Below, one piece after another: positions 46,485 to 56,270 of a DNA stretch of 64,000 nucleotides; position 1 is the stretch's first letter, and the number at the start of each line of letters is the position of its first letter. The translations under genes and the position numbers were made by a program. The notes beneath the pieces were generated by a model that saw nothing but the letters and a program-made list of their open reading frames with translations, searched no databases and was not told the DNA's origin. Origin of the DNA: Chloroflexota bacterium (GTDB taxonomy: Bacteria; Chloroflexota; UBA5177; JANWHV01); assembly GCA_036559345.1 (NCBI GenBank), contig DATBTL010000246.1:2657-66656 (forward strand), read 5' to 3'.

Positions 46485-47336
46485 GTGAAAATAGCATTCT
46501 ATACAGCGGTGTTCGGCGATCAGCCCCTCGAATGGATCGCCGATTGGGCGGCAAGCGCCGGCTTCGATGCCCTGGAAGTGGATGTCGCCCGCCACATCGG
46601 CGATCCGGCCCGGGCCGGCGAGGCGATCGCCACGGTCAGGCAACGTGGGCTGGAGGTCTGCGCCCTGACCTATTTCGGGAACCTGCTTGACGCGAACCGC
46701 GAAGCCCGAGCGCGCCACCAGGCCAATGTGGCGGCGACGGTCGAGGCCGCAATCGAGCACGGCGTGTCTCTTGTATGTACTTTCCCGGGACGCGACGAGC
46801 AGGCGACCGAGGAAGACAATTACCGCCAGCTCTCGGGCCTGTATGGACCACTCGCCGCCCGAGCGGCAAGCGGCAACGTCAAGGTGATCGTAGAAAATTG
46901 GCCCGGCCCGCACCAGGACTACGTGGCCACGACCCCCGCTGGTTGGGCCCGGTTCTTCGGGTTAGCGCCCGCCCCAAACCTGGGTCTCAACTTTGACCCC
47001 TCGCACCTGATCTGGCAGGGAATCGATATCGAGCAGGCGTTGCATGCCGTGGCTGGCCGCGTGTTTCTGGCCCACGCCAAGGACACCGAGATCTTCGCGG
47101 ATCGCTTGCAGCAAGTCGGCTATTTCGGCACCGGTTGGTGGACCTACCGACTTCCCGGTCGCGGTCGTATCGACTGGCATCGCTGGCTCGCGCTCCTGCG
47201 CGCCGAGGGCTTTGACGGCGTGGTGAGCATCGAGCACGAGGATGCGGAGTGGGGCGCGCCGAGCGGCCCGGTCGAGCGTCGCAAGGAAGGGTTGATTGAG
47301 GCACAACGGGTGCTGACCGGCGCCATGCCCCGGTAG
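46485..47336 (+). CDS. Sugar phosphate isomerase/epimerase (xylose-isomerase-like TIM barrel)
   Basis: GTG start. VIVENWPG, LNFDPSHL, AHAKD and SIEHED motifs. Confidence 0.85.
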   Translation: MKIAFYTAVFGDQPLEWIADWAASAGFDALEVDVARHIGDPARAGEAIATVRQRGLEVCALTYFGNLLDANREARARHQANVAATVEAAIEHGVSLVCTFPGRDEQATEEDNYRQLSGLYGPLAARAASGNVKVIVENWPGPHQDYVATTPAGWARFFGLAPAPNLGLNFDPSHLIWQGIDIEQALHAVAGRVFLAHAKDTEIFADRLQQVGYFGTGWWTYRLPGRGRIDWHRWLALLRAEGFDGVVSIEHEDAEWGAPSGPVERRKEGLIEAQRVLTGAMPR

Positions 47337-47699
47337 GACAGAAGCGAGGGAGCCCTGCCGCTGGCCCTCGTGTCGTACGAAAAGCTAAAATCGTCTCGAT
47401 CAGGCGTCCGCTCAATCCAGCCGGTCTGGATCAGCCAGTGCATGGAGTCAAGGGCGACGCGGAGTTTATCCGTGGGACATCATACAGGCCGAAGGGATCA
47501 CCGCCGTGGTGACCAGATGGCGCAACAAGCTGGGACGGGCTACAGTCCCTTCGGCACGGACACCAAGATCGCTTGGCTGGGGAGTGCGCGGGTGATCGGC
47601 GACCTCTATACCACGCCCGAACGGACGATGCGACGGACGGACGTTATCCCTCCACCATGACCTCATAAGGAGCATTCTCCCACCACCCATCGGATCCGG

Positions 47700-47728
47700 T
47701 TGACCCGCGAGGCATCCGGATCTATGAT
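47700..47728 (+). promoter_or_regulatory. Promoter TTGACC-N17-TATGAT
   Basis: 5/6 -35 and 5/6 -10 at 17-bp spacing, 49 nt upstream of the GntR ATG. Confidence 0.45.
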
Positions 47729-47731
47729 ATG

Positions 47732-47748
47732 TGGTGATGTGATCACCA
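47732..47748. promoter_or_regulatory. GntR/FadR-type operator TGGTGAT-GTG-ATCACCA
   Basis: Perfect 7-bp inverted arms with the TGGT...ACCA core typical of FadR-subfamily operators. Begins 4 nt after the -10. Confidence 0.45.
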
Positions 47749-47776
47749 ACTCAACGAGTAAGTGGGGAGTGGGCAT

Positions 47777-48517
47777 ATGGCGCTGGTCGTGCGGCAGCGC
47801 TTGAGTGAACAGGTTGCCCAGCATCTCCGTGAGTTGATTGTGGAGGGTGAGATCGCCGCCGGCCAGGCCCTGCCTCCCGAGCGGCAGCTGACCCAGCGCT
47901 TCGGGGTGAGCTCGGTGGTCGTTCGCGAGGCGCTCAATTCGCTCAGCGTGACCGGCCTCGTCGAAATCCGTCACGGCGTGGGATCGTTCGTCACTCCCCC
48001 CGACCAGTGGCGGATTGAGGAACCCTTTGGCGCTCTGATCCGGAGCGGAAGGGTCGACCTGCCGCATATGGTCGAGGCGCGCGCCATGATTGAGGTTGAA
48101 ATGAGCGCCCTCGCGGCGCTCCGGCGTGACGAGGAGGCGATCCACTTACTTGACGCCGCGCTGGCCGATATGGCGGAATCATTGCACGATCCGGTGGCCA
48201 ATGTCGATGCCGATATGGCGTTTCATCGCGCCCTTGCCACGGGGGCCGGCAACCCGGCGCTCTGGATCCTCCTGCAACCGATGCTGGCCCCCATCCTCGC
48301 CGGTATGTTCCGCGGCACGTCTTTCCCCGCCGCCACTTCCCGTGCCCTGGCCGAACACCGGAATATCCGCGACGCCATCGTAGCCGGTGATCCATCGGCG
48401 GCCCGACTCGCCATGCGAGCGCACATGGAGACAAGCAGGTTGGAAGTCACCGGGCGCGCGAATCCGGCCGAGGAGAAGAGCGAGGCATCGCGCAAGACGC
48501 ATGGGGCCGCACGCTAA
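47777..48517 (+). CDS. GntR family (FadR/FCD subfamily) transcriptional regulator
   Basis: Trimmed to ATG 47777. LPPERQLTQRFGVSSVVVREALNSLSVTGLVEIRHGVGSFV plus an FCD domain. Confidence 0.9.
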   Translation: MALVVRQRLSEQVAQHLRELIVEGEIAAGQALPPERQLTQRFGVSSVVVREALNSLSVTGLVEIRHGVGSFVTPPDQWRIEEPFGALIRSGRVDLPHMVEARAMIEVEMSALAALRRDEEAIHLLDAALADMAESLHDPVANVDADMAFHRALATGAGNPALWILLQPMLAPILAGMFRGTSFPAATSRALAEHRNIRDAIVAGDPSAARLAMRAHMETSRLEVTGRANPAEEKSEASRKTHGAAR

Positions 48518-48573
48518 GGCCGCTGGGCAAGCACTGGGCGGTCACGCGCTGAATGGCGCCGGAGGGAGGAAGA

Positions 48574-49701
48574 ATGCGAATCACCGAGGTCGAGCCGATC
48601 GTTTTGCGTGTACCGGACTTGCGTCCCGAGGATTGCGATGGTACGCAAGATACCTTGCTGGTCCGCGTGTATACCGATGAGGGGCTGATCGGGATTGGCG
48701 AGGCCGATACGTCACCCGAGGTGGCTCGGGCCGTCGTACTGGCCCCGATTAGCCACCTGATCGCCCGCGGACTGCGCGAGGTATTGATCGGCCGGGATCC
48801 TTTCGATGTGGTTCGCCTCTGGTACGACATGTATCACGCCTCCATCTATTACGGCAGGCAAGGCGCGGCCCCGCAGGCCCTGAGCGCGGTCGACATCGCC
48901 CTGTGGGACCTGATCGGTCAGGCAAGCGGGCGCCCGGTATGGAGTATGCTCGGCGGTTGCCACCGCGAGCGGGTACGAGTCTATGCAAGCCTGTTGATGC
49001 CAGAGCGGCCGGATCAGATCGCTCCCCTTGTCGCGCCGCTGATTCGGCGTGGGTTTACCGCCGTCAAGTTCGGCTGGGGTCCGCTGGGGCGGGATGAAGG
49101 GCTGGACGTAGAGCTGATCGCCGCCGCGCGCGAGGCGATCGGCCCAAATCGGTTACTCCTGATCGATGCCGGATGGGCCTATACCGTGAAGAGTGCCGTC
49201 CGGGTCTGCCGGCGGTGGGAGCCGTATCATCTATTCTGGCTGGAGGAGCCGCTCCCACCCGACGATCTGGCGGGCTATGCCCGGCTGTCCGACCTCGTGG
49301 AGGTATCCATCGCTACGGGAGAAGAGGAGTCGGGAGTCCGAGCTTTTCGCAGGCTGATCGAGGAGGGGCACGTCGACATCATTCAGCCCGACGTGTCGCG
49401 GGCGGGCGGCTTCACGGAGTGCCGGCGCATCGGCGATCTGATCGGGGAACTCCATGTGCGGCTGGTTCCCCACGCCTTTAAGACCGGCATTCTGCAAGCA
49501 GCGTCTCTGCATCTGGCCGCCACTCTGCCCCATGGCGACCTGTGCGAGTTGACGGTCCATGGCGGTCCGCTGGCGCGCACTCTCACCAGCATTGATTTTC
49601 TGGATGTGCTCGAGCCGGACGGGATGGTGGCGATCCCGTCGGCTCCAGGATTGGGGGTGGTGCTCAACGAAGAGACGGTGGCACGTTACCGCGTGACCTA
49701 A
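48574..49701 (+). CDS. Enolase-superfamily (MR/MLE) dehydratase-like enzyme
   Basis: Trimmed to ATG 48574 (GGAGGGAGGAAG RBS). VDIALWDLIGQ, KFGWG, IDAGWA, LEEP, TGEE, QPDVSRAGG. Confidence 0.85.
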   Translation: MRITEVEPIVLRVPDLRPEDCDGTQDTLLVRVYTDEGLIGIGEADTSPEVARAVVLAPISHLIARGLREVLIGRDPFDVVRLWYDMYHASIYYGRQGAAPQALSAVDIALWDLIGQASGRPVWSMLGGCHRERVRVYASLLMPERPDQIAPLVAPLIRRGFTAVKFGWGPLGRDEGLDVELIAAAREAIGPNRLLLIDAGWAYTVKSAVRVCRRWEPYHLFWLEEPLPPDDLAGYARLSDLVEVSIATGEEESGVRAFRRLIEEGHVDIIQPDVSRAGGFTECRRIGDLIGELHVRLVPHAFKTGILQAASLHLAATLPHGDLCELTVHGGPLARTLTSIDFLDVLEPDGMVAIPSAPGLGVVLNEETVARYRVT

Positions 49702-49766
49702 GAGACGAGAGACTATTGCCGAGGTGGCCTTATCCAAGTCGAAAGTAAGATCGAGGGAGGCCGATC

Positions 49767-51101
49767 ATGTTATTATCGCGCAGACAATCGCTACGGACCG
49801 CCGCGCTCCTTTTGGCAGGCGTGCCCGCTTTGGAAGCGGCGCCCATGCAAGTATCCCGCGCCGCCGACAAAACCACGCTCATCATGTGGTGGTGGGGAGA
49901 GCAGGAAGCGCAGGGCGCCCAGGGGTGGATGAATGAAACCATTCGTCTCTACGAAAAGGCTCATCCGAATATCGTGATCAACGCCGTGCTGCAGACGACC
50001 AACGGCCTGGTGCCCTCCTTCGAGACCGCTGCCAAGGCCCATCGCGGCCCCGATATTCAGTACCTGTGGGGTGGCATCAACTCGCTGGCCGAGGCGTGGC
50101 CCGGCTATCTGGCTCCGATAAGCGATTATATCCCGGCTAGTGAACTCAAGCACTATCTGAATACGGCCGAGGATACCTACAACGGCAAGATATGGAGCGC
50201 CCCTTGGTATACACAGCCGTCCTTCCCCCTGCTCTATAACAAAGACAACTTCAAGAAGGCCGGCCTCGATCCGAATAACCCACCCCGCACCTGGGATCAA
50301 TTCATGGCGGCTTGCGCCAAGCTCAAGAAAACTGGCGTTATCCCGATCGCTGGCGGCTTGCAGGACGGCTTCTACGGGGGCTGGCTCTTTGCCTTGCTCG
50401 GCGGGCAGAATCTGGACAGTGCCAAACAGATGATGGATGCCGCGATCGGCAAGGCCGATATCACCTCGCCCAAGTACAGCGAGTGGTGGTTAAAGCTGGC
50501 CGAGATGCGCGACAAGGGCTATTGGAACAACGACATTAACTCACTACAGTTGTATCAGGCCCAGAACCTGTTCGTGCAGGGCAAGGCGGCCATGACGAAC
50601 GTTGCGGGTTCCGATATTCGTAAGTTCGTCAAACAGGTCGGCATCAATAAGGTAGGCGTCATGCGCATGCCCGTGTATGGCGCCGGCAAGCTGGCCAATA
50701 CCTTCGGCAGCACGTCGCAGACCCTGGCCATCCCGGTCTTCTCGCGGCATAAGCAAGAAGCTGCCCAGTTTATCATGTACATGCATACACCAGAACGGAT
50801 GGTGGCCTTCTACCGCGAAACCGGCTCCATTCCGGCGGACGACCGGTTCCCCCAGAGCATGATTACGCTGCCCCAGCAGAAGCTGATCTTCAATTGGATG
50901 GTCAGGCAGGGCGGCCCCTATCTGGAGAACTTCATTCCGGTCGCACTGGACAGCGATGGCAACTTCGCCGGCACCCAGAAACTCTTCGCGGGCGACAAGG
51001 TGAACAGCATCATCTCCTTGCAAGCAAGCGTACTTAACAAGTGGCATCGCACCGCCCCGGGCGAGGTCGCGGCCTTCCAGAACTGGGCGAACAAGGGGTA
51101 A
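49767..51101 (+). CDS. ABC transporter sugar-binding protein
   Basis: Signal MLLSRRQSLRTAALLLAGVPALEA and an SBP family 1 layout. Confidence 0.9.
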   Translation: MLLSRRQSLRTAALLLAGVPALEAAPMQVSRAADKTTLIMWWWGEQEAQGAQGWMNETIRLYEKAHPNIVINAVLQTTNGLVPSFETAAKAHRGPDIQYLWGGINSLAEAWPGYLAPISDYIPASELKHYLNTAEDTYNGKIWSAPWYTQPSFPLLYNKDNFKKAGLDPNNPPRTWDQFMAACAKLKKTGVIPIAGGLQDGFYGGWLFALLGGQNLDSAKQMMDAAIGKADITSPKYSEWWLKLAEMRDKGYWNNDINSLQLYQAQNLFVQGKAAMTNVAGSDIRKFVKQVGINKVGVMRMPVYGAGKLANTFGSTSQTLAIPVFSRHKQEAAQFIMYMHTPERMVAFYRETGSIPADDRFPQSMITLPQQKLIFNWMVRQGGPYLENFIPVALDSDGNFAGTQKLFAGDKVNSIISLQASVLNKWHRTAPGEVAAFQNWANKG

Positions 51102-51107
51102 GAGACG

Positions 51108-52031
51108 ATGAATGCCCCGATGGCGGTCGAGCGGCGGCCCAAGAGCACGGCGCGGCGAATTGGCGCCTGTCTCCGGCCCGTGCCCTACCTGTTGCCCGCG
51201 GTGGCCGCCATCGTCCTCATCTTCGCGTACCCACTGGTCCGCCTGGTTCGGGAGAGTACCCAGCAAAGCTATGGCGGGATCACCACTGATGTCGGCTGGT
51301 CGAACTATCAATTCGTACTGACCGACAGCGACTTTATCACCGCCGTCACCCATAACCTCCTGCTGTTGATCTGTGTTCCCGTACTCGTCGTGCTGTCGAT
51401 CTTCTTCGCGATATTGCTGCACGAGACGACTCGGGGGCGCCGGCTGTACGCCACCGTGCTCTTCCTCCCATACGTGCTCGCGGTGCCGGTAGTAAGCGTG
51501 CTGTTCAACTATCTCCTGCAACTCAACGGCGGACTGAACACCGTCCTGCGCGCGATTGGTCTCGGCTTTCTGGCTCAGGACTGGCTGGGAAGCGAAACCT
51601 GGGCGCTACCGTCGCTGATGGGCGTGATCGTATGGAAAGAGCTGGGCTTCGGGATCATGCTCTTCTATGCGCGCACCCTGTCGCTGCCCAATGAGTTGTG
51701 GGAGGCCGCCCGCGTGGATGGCGCGGGCTGGTGGCGCATGCACTGGCATATTACCCTGCCCCAATTGCGCAACATGATCGAGTTCTATGCCGTGGTGGAA
51801 AGCATCACCATGCTGAGTTGGGTCTTCGCCTATGTCTACGTGATTTCCAGCGGCACCGGTGGCCCCGGCACTAGCACGCTGGTAACCGAGCTCTACATCT
51901 ATAAGAATGCATTCGGCTACGGGACCAACAATCTTAATCTGGCGGCGGCGGCATCGGCCGTCTTGTTTGTCGGGACCGTGATCCTAATGTTCGTGAACTT
52001 CCGCGTACGACGGGTGGAACTGCACGCATAG
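51108..52031 (+). CDS. Carbohydrate ABC transporter permease
   Basis: EAA loop AARVDGAGWWRMHWHITLP. Confidence 0.9.
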   Translation: MNAPMAVERRPKSTARRIGACLRPVPYLLPAVAAIVLIFAYPLVRLVRESTQQSYGGITTDVGWSNYQFVLTDSDFITAVTHNLLLLICVPVLVVLSIFFAILLHETTRGRRLYATVLFLPYVLAVPVVSVLFNYLLQLNGGLNTVLRAIGLGFLAQDWLGSETWALPSLMGVIVWKELGFGIMLFYARTLSLPNELWEAARVDGAGWWRMHWHITLPQLRNMIEFYAVVESITMLSWVFAYVYVISSGTGGPGTSTLVTELYIYKNAFGYGTNNLNLAAAASAVLFVGTVILMFVNFRVRRVELHA

Positions 52032-52095
52032 GCTGGGTGGGGCGGGCCCTTCACGCCCCCACCTCCGCATGAGACGAATAGAAGGAGAACCGCGA

Positions 52096-52956
52096 GTGAT
52101 CGGGCAGGCGGAGGCCGAGAAGGCCAAGCGGAGAAGCAAACGGCGGATTGGCCTGGTGGTTCGCCAGGTTCTTCTGGTATTGGCTTCCGCCCTGGCGCTG
52201 TTGCCCGTGTACGCCATGGTGACGGCCGCTTTCAAGGGGCAAAATGACTATCTGGCCCACCCGCTGTCCCTGCCTGCCCCTCCGTCGGGAGCAGCCTTTG
52301 CTACCGCCTTAACAAGCGGCTTTCCGCGGTGGCTGGCCAACAGCATCTTGGTCGCCGGGGTCTCGGTGTTCACCACGATGGCGCTCGCCGTCCTGGCGGC
52401 CTATGCGTTCAGCCGTATGCCGTTCCCCGGCCGCGGCGTGAGCTTTACCTTGATGATTAGCCTGATGGTGGTGCCACCGATTGTCATGCTCATTCCCCTC
52501 TTCGAATTGATGTCCGACCTCAATCTGGTGAACACCTACGCGGGGGTGATCGTGATCTACGCCGGGCTGATGTTGCCCTTCTCCATCTATCTCCTCACGA
52601 GTTTCTTCAATACCATCCCGCGCGAGTTGCTCGAAGCCGGTTCGATCGACGGCGCGGGCCATTTTCGGGCTCTCATCTCGATCGTGCTGCCCCTGGCCTT
52701 GCCGGCCTTGGTCACCCTGGGAATCGTGAATTTACTGTGGGCGTGGAATGAACTGCTCATCGCCCTGGTGCTTCTGCAGGACGACAGCAAGAAAACGCTC
52801 ATGGTAGGCATCACCATCTTCCAATCGCACAACAATCTCAATGTGCCGGTGACCATGGCGGGCCTCTTGATCGCTACCATACCGGTGGTCGCGCTGTACC
52901 TGGGCGGGCAGCGGTTCTTCGTGCAGGGGCTTGCGGCGGGCGCGGTGAAGGAGTAG
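52096..52956 (+). CDS. Carbohydrate ABC transporter permease
   Basis: GTG 52096 is preceded by GAAGGAGAA. The ORF track ATG 52069 lacks an RBS. EAA loop AGSIDGAGHFRALISIVLP. Confidence 0.85.
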   Translation: MIGQAEAEKAKRRSKRRIGLVVRQVLLVLASALALLPVYAMVTAAFKGQNDYLAHPLSLPAPPSGAAFATALTSGFPRWLANSILVAGVSVFTTMALAVLAAYAFSRMPFPGRGVSFTLMISLMVVPPIVMLIPLFELMSDLNLVNTYAGVIVIYAGLMLPFSIYLLTSFFNTIPRELLEAGSIDGAGHFRALISIVLPLALPALVTLGIVNLLWAWNELLIALVLLQDDSKKTLMVGITIFQSHNNLNVPVTMAGLLIATIPVVALYLGGQRFFVQGLAAGAVKE

Positions 52957-52985
52957 GGAATCCCAGCAATGCGGGAGGGGATCAG

Positions 52986-53723
52986 ATGACGGGCCGGGTG
53001 CTGATTACGGGGGCGGCAAGCGGGATTGGGCGTGCGACGGCCCGGCTGTTGGCCGGCGCGGGCTGGACGGTCATTGCGCTCGATCGGAACGAGCCGGGAC
53101 TGAGTAACCTCCGCGAGGAGCTTGGCCCACGGCTGATCCCCCATGTGCTGGACCTGGCCACTCTCACCGAGAGTACCTCGCTGGACCTTGGCGGTCCGCT
53201 GGCGGCGTTGGTCCAGTGCGCCGGGGTCTTTCAGGCGGCGGACTTCCTCACCGGCCCTGTCGTGGAGTGGCGCCGCGTCTTCGCCATCAACTTCGAGGCC
53301 GCGTCCCTCATCGATCGACTGGCGGCGCCCGCGCTGATCGCCAACGGCGGCGGCTCTATCGTCCACGTGACCAGCATTCATGCCTGGCTGTCGGAGGACC
53401 GGAGTAGTCACTACGACGCGGCGAAGGGCGCGCTCTCCGCCCTCACCCGAAGCCTGGCCATCGAGATGGCGCCGAGAAACATTCGGGTCAACGCGGTGGC
53501 TCCCGGGTTCGTGCGCACGCAAATGTCGATTGTGAACGGCGTCGACGAGCTGGAAAGCGAGCTCTTTCTTACCCATTACGTGGGGCGCCGTCGCATCCCA
53601 CTTGCGCGCGCCGCCGAACCTGAGGAGGTCGCGGCGCCCATTGCATTCCTAGTCGGCGAGGGCGCCTCCTACATTACTGGGGCGACGCTGGTAGTGGATG
53701 GCGGACTCAGCGTCACGTTTTAG
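52986..53723 (+). CDS. SDR family oxidoreductase
   Basis: LITGAASGIG and YDAAKGA (YxxxK). GGGAGGGG RBS. Confidence 0.9.
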   Translation: MTGRVLITGAASGIGRATARLLAGAGWTVIALDRNEPGLSNLREELGPRLIPHVLDLATLTESTSLDLGGPLAALVQCAGVFQAADFLTGPVVEWRRVFAINFEAASLIDRLAAPALIANGGGSIVHVTSIHAWLSEDRSSHYDAAKGALSALTRSLAIEMAPRNIRVNAVAPGFVRTQMSIVNGVDELESELFLTHYVGRRRIPLARAAEPEEVAAPIAFLVGEGASYITGATLVVDGGLSVTF

Positions 53724-54050
53724 CGCCCCGCGTTGGGTACGTTCGCCATGAGGACAGCGCCACGCTTGCGCGACGCATCGCGCCTCTCGTCGCTCCAGTG
53801 CGTCCCACGCCCTTACACGCGGAGAGGCGGGCGGCCTGGCGCCCTCCAGGCGTTCCTTCAAGCCGGGGAACCGCGGCCAGTATGCCGCCAGGCCGAAGCG
53901 GAAAATGCCGATACGTCCCCGGACATGCCTGCCGGCCGTGGTGGAAGGCTTGCTGGCCGGCCGGGTTCGATTCTCAGTCGTCATGATGTGACACCTCGCA
54001 CGCTAGCCAAAACAACGAACGGGGCCAAGCGCATCACTCCCACGTCGAGT

Positions 54051-55064
54051 TCACATGCGCTGCCAATCGATGACAACGCCCAAGTGCTCGGCTGGGTGCT
54101 CCCGCAGGTCCGCGTAGGCTGCCGGCACCTCGGCGGGCGACACGCGGTCGGTGATCAGTTCCTCAAGGTGGAGGGCCCCGTCGCGCATGAAGGCGAGGAT
54201 CCACGCCGTGCAGCCGGCGATCGAGCCGAGTGGTCGCTCATTGTAGAGCGGGATCTGCCATTCCCAGCCACTGCGCAGCGCCAAGTACTTGCGGAAGACC
54301 GGCCGCACCACGTCGGCGGCCACTACCGCCGTGCCGCGCTTCCAGGCCGCGCCCACCAGGAATACCTCACCGCGCGGCGCGGCAAGCGACAGCGCGGTGA
54401 GAAGGCCGCGATCCTGCCCTGAACACTCCAGCACCACCCGGCAGCTATCCGTGAGATCGCCTGTCTCCTGGGCTCCTTCCGTCAGGACGCCTGGATCGAG
54501 TGTCTGGACGATCCCACGGCGCTCCGCGATCCGCCGGCGCTCGGCCAGCGGCTCCACGCCGAGTACGCGCAGCCCGGCGCAGTACGCCAGCTGGGCCGCC
54601 AGGTTGCCCACCAATCCCAGCCCGGTGATGGCCGCCTGGTCGCCCGGGACGGCGGCCATCAGCCCGAGACTGACCGCGCTGACTTGCGCAATACGGGCCA
54701 GGGTCGCCTGCTCGGGGGGTACACCGTGCGGCACGCGCACGCAGACGTGGTCGCGACTGTCGAAGCGAGCGATCGCTTGGTGGGGCACATGTGCGAGCAC
54801 CAGGTCGCCCAGCCGGACCGGCGCCTCGTCGCCGGCGGCGATCACCTCGCCGACCGCGGCGTAGCCGGGGTAGATGGGGTAGCGATCGGGATTGGGAAAG
54901 AGTGTGTGATCACCGGAATAGTTGGCGATCTCGGTGCCCGTGCTGATCGCGCTGTAGGCGGTGCGCAGCAGCACCTCGTAGGGTGCGAGCGGCGCATCCG
55001 GGATGTCGGTATCCTCCAGGACGGCCTGGCTTGGACCGGTGAACACAATACGCCGCGTCTTCAT
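54051..55064 (-). CDS. MDR-superfamily (alcohol dehydrogenase-like) oxidoreductase
   Basis: GroES-like N-domain (YEVLLRTAYSAISTGTE) and Rossmann ITGLGLVGNLAAQLA. ATGA overlap with the upstream gene. Confidence 0.85.
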   Translation of the reverse strand: MKTRRIVFTGPSQAVLEDTDIPDAPLAPYEVLLRTAYSAISTGTEIANYSGDHTLFPNPDRYPIYPGYAAVGEVIAAGDEAPVRLGDLVLAHVPHQAIARFDSRDHVCVRVPHGVPPEQATLARIAQVSAVSLGLMAAVPGDQAAITGLGLVGNLAAQLAYCAGLRVLGVEPLAERRRIAERRGIVQTLDPGVLTEGAQETGDLTDSCRVVLECSGQDRGLLTALSLAAPRGEVFLVGAAWKRGTAVVAADVVRPVFRKYLALRSGWEWQIPLYNERPLGSIAGCTAWILAFMRDGALHLEELITDRVSPAEVPAAYADLREHPAEHLGVVIDWQRM

Positions 55065-56209
55065 TCCTCAAGCCACTCCATATCCACCTCGATCCCGAGG
55101 CCGGGCAGATCGGTCGGCGCCAGGAAGCCGTCGCGTGGCTGCGGGACGCCGCGCAAGAAGGGCAGCAGCGGGCGCAGCTCGCCATCCTCGGGCGAGGCGA
55201 TCACCACATACTCGGCCCACGGTACCGCGGCCTGGGCTGCCAGCCAGTGGATCCCCCATGGTTGGAGGCCGCCCGCGTGCGGGATCACCGGCACACCATG
55301 CGCGCTCGCCAGCGCGGCAATCCCCCGGGCCTCGCTGATGCCGCCGCACCAGGAGAGGTCAGGTTGGACGATATGGCAGCATTTGCGCGCGAGCAACTCG
55401 CCGAACCCCCAGCGGGTGTATTCATGCTCGCCGGTGGCGACGGCCATGCCTTCTACCCGGCGGGTAAGCTCGGCGTAGCCCTCGTAATCGTCGGGAGGAA
55501 GACACTCCTCTATCCAGCGGACGGCATAGGGGCGCAGCGCCTCCGCCATGCGCAGAGTGAACTCCACGTCCCAAGCCATGTAGCAGTCCAGCATGATCTC
55601 GGCATCCGGCCCGACGGTCTCACGGGTGCGGTCCACCAGCGCGATGTTCTCCCGGATACCTGCTCTGCCATCGGCCGGCCCGTAGGGCATGGCCAGCTTG
55701 AAGCGGCTGAACCCGAATTGCTGGTACCAGGCGACGTCATTCCCCGTGGCATACACGGGCAGCCGATCCTGCAGCTTTCCGCCGAGCAACTGATACACGG
55801 GCACGCCGCGCGCTTTGCCGAGGAGGTCCCAGAGGGCGATGTCCACCGCGCTGATCGCCATGATCGGTAGCCCTTTGCGGCCGTACGGAAGCGTGGAGCG
55901 GAACATCTGGTCCCACAGGCGCTCGATGTCGGTGGGGTCCTCGCCGACCAGCAAGTGGGCAAGGTGGTCTTCGACGATCATCCTGGCTGGGGCCGGGGTG
56001 GTGCCGCCGATCCCTACCAGCCCGTCGTCGGTCTCGACGCGCACCAGCACGTCGTGGCCCCAGCGAGCGTTCCAGGAGGAGCGGCGCTCCTTGTAGCGGG
56101 GGTAGATCGACATCGGGTTAGCGATCAGCGACTCAGAGAGCCACGAGGTGTGCGCGTCATAATCCGCCGGAGGACGTACCGGTGTGGCCCAGACTCTAGC
56201 GATCTTCAT
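55061..56209 (-). CDS. rhmD: L-rhamnonate dehydratase-like enolase-superfamily enzyme
   Basis: From memory of E. coli RhmD (YfaW): MLDCYMAWDV, WIEECLPPDDYEGYAELTRR, TGEHEY, QPDLSWCGG and VIPHAG all parallel it. Confidence 0.8.
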   Translation of the reverse strand: MKIARVWATPVRPPADYDAHTSWLSESLIANPMSIYPRYKERRSSWNARWGHDVLVRVETDDGLVGIGGTTPAPARMIVEDHLAHLLVGEDPTDIERLWDQMFRSTLPYGRKGLPIMAISAVDIALWDLLGKARGVPVYQLLGGKLQDRLPVYATGNDVAWYQQFGFSRFKLAMPYGPADGRAGIRENIALVDRTRETVGPDAEIMLDCYMAWDVEFTLRMAEALRPYAVRWIEECLPPDDYEGYAELTRRVEGMAVATGEHEYTRWGFGELLARKCCHIVQPDLSWCGGISEARGIAALASAHGVPVIPHAGGLQPWGIHWLAAQAAVPWAEYVVIASPEDGELRPLLPFLRGVPQPRDGFLAPTDLPGLGIEVDMEWLEE

Positions 56210-56270
56210 GCATCATTCCCTTGTTGGCGCGCTCTTGCTGCTCGTCCAAGCCCATACTTTGCCGCCTCGC

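Noticed and set aside
53950-53975. GGGTTCGATTCTC resembling a tRNA T-arm
   Set aside because: The flanking bases cannot form the T-stem (CCGGG vs CTCAG) or an acceptor stem. No tRNA cloverleaf can be drawn.
53840-53984. Minus-strand ORF start MTTENRTRPASKPSTTAGRHVRGRIGIFRFGLAAYWPRFPGLKERLEG in the convergent intergenic gap, reminiscent of the N-terminus of some sugar (arabinose/fucose) isomerase-like proteins
   Set aside because: The resemblance rests on a short remembered motif (G.GL..YWPQF.GLKERL). The remainder of the ORF is Arg-rich nonsense. It may be a gene remnant, but I cannot support it without a database search.
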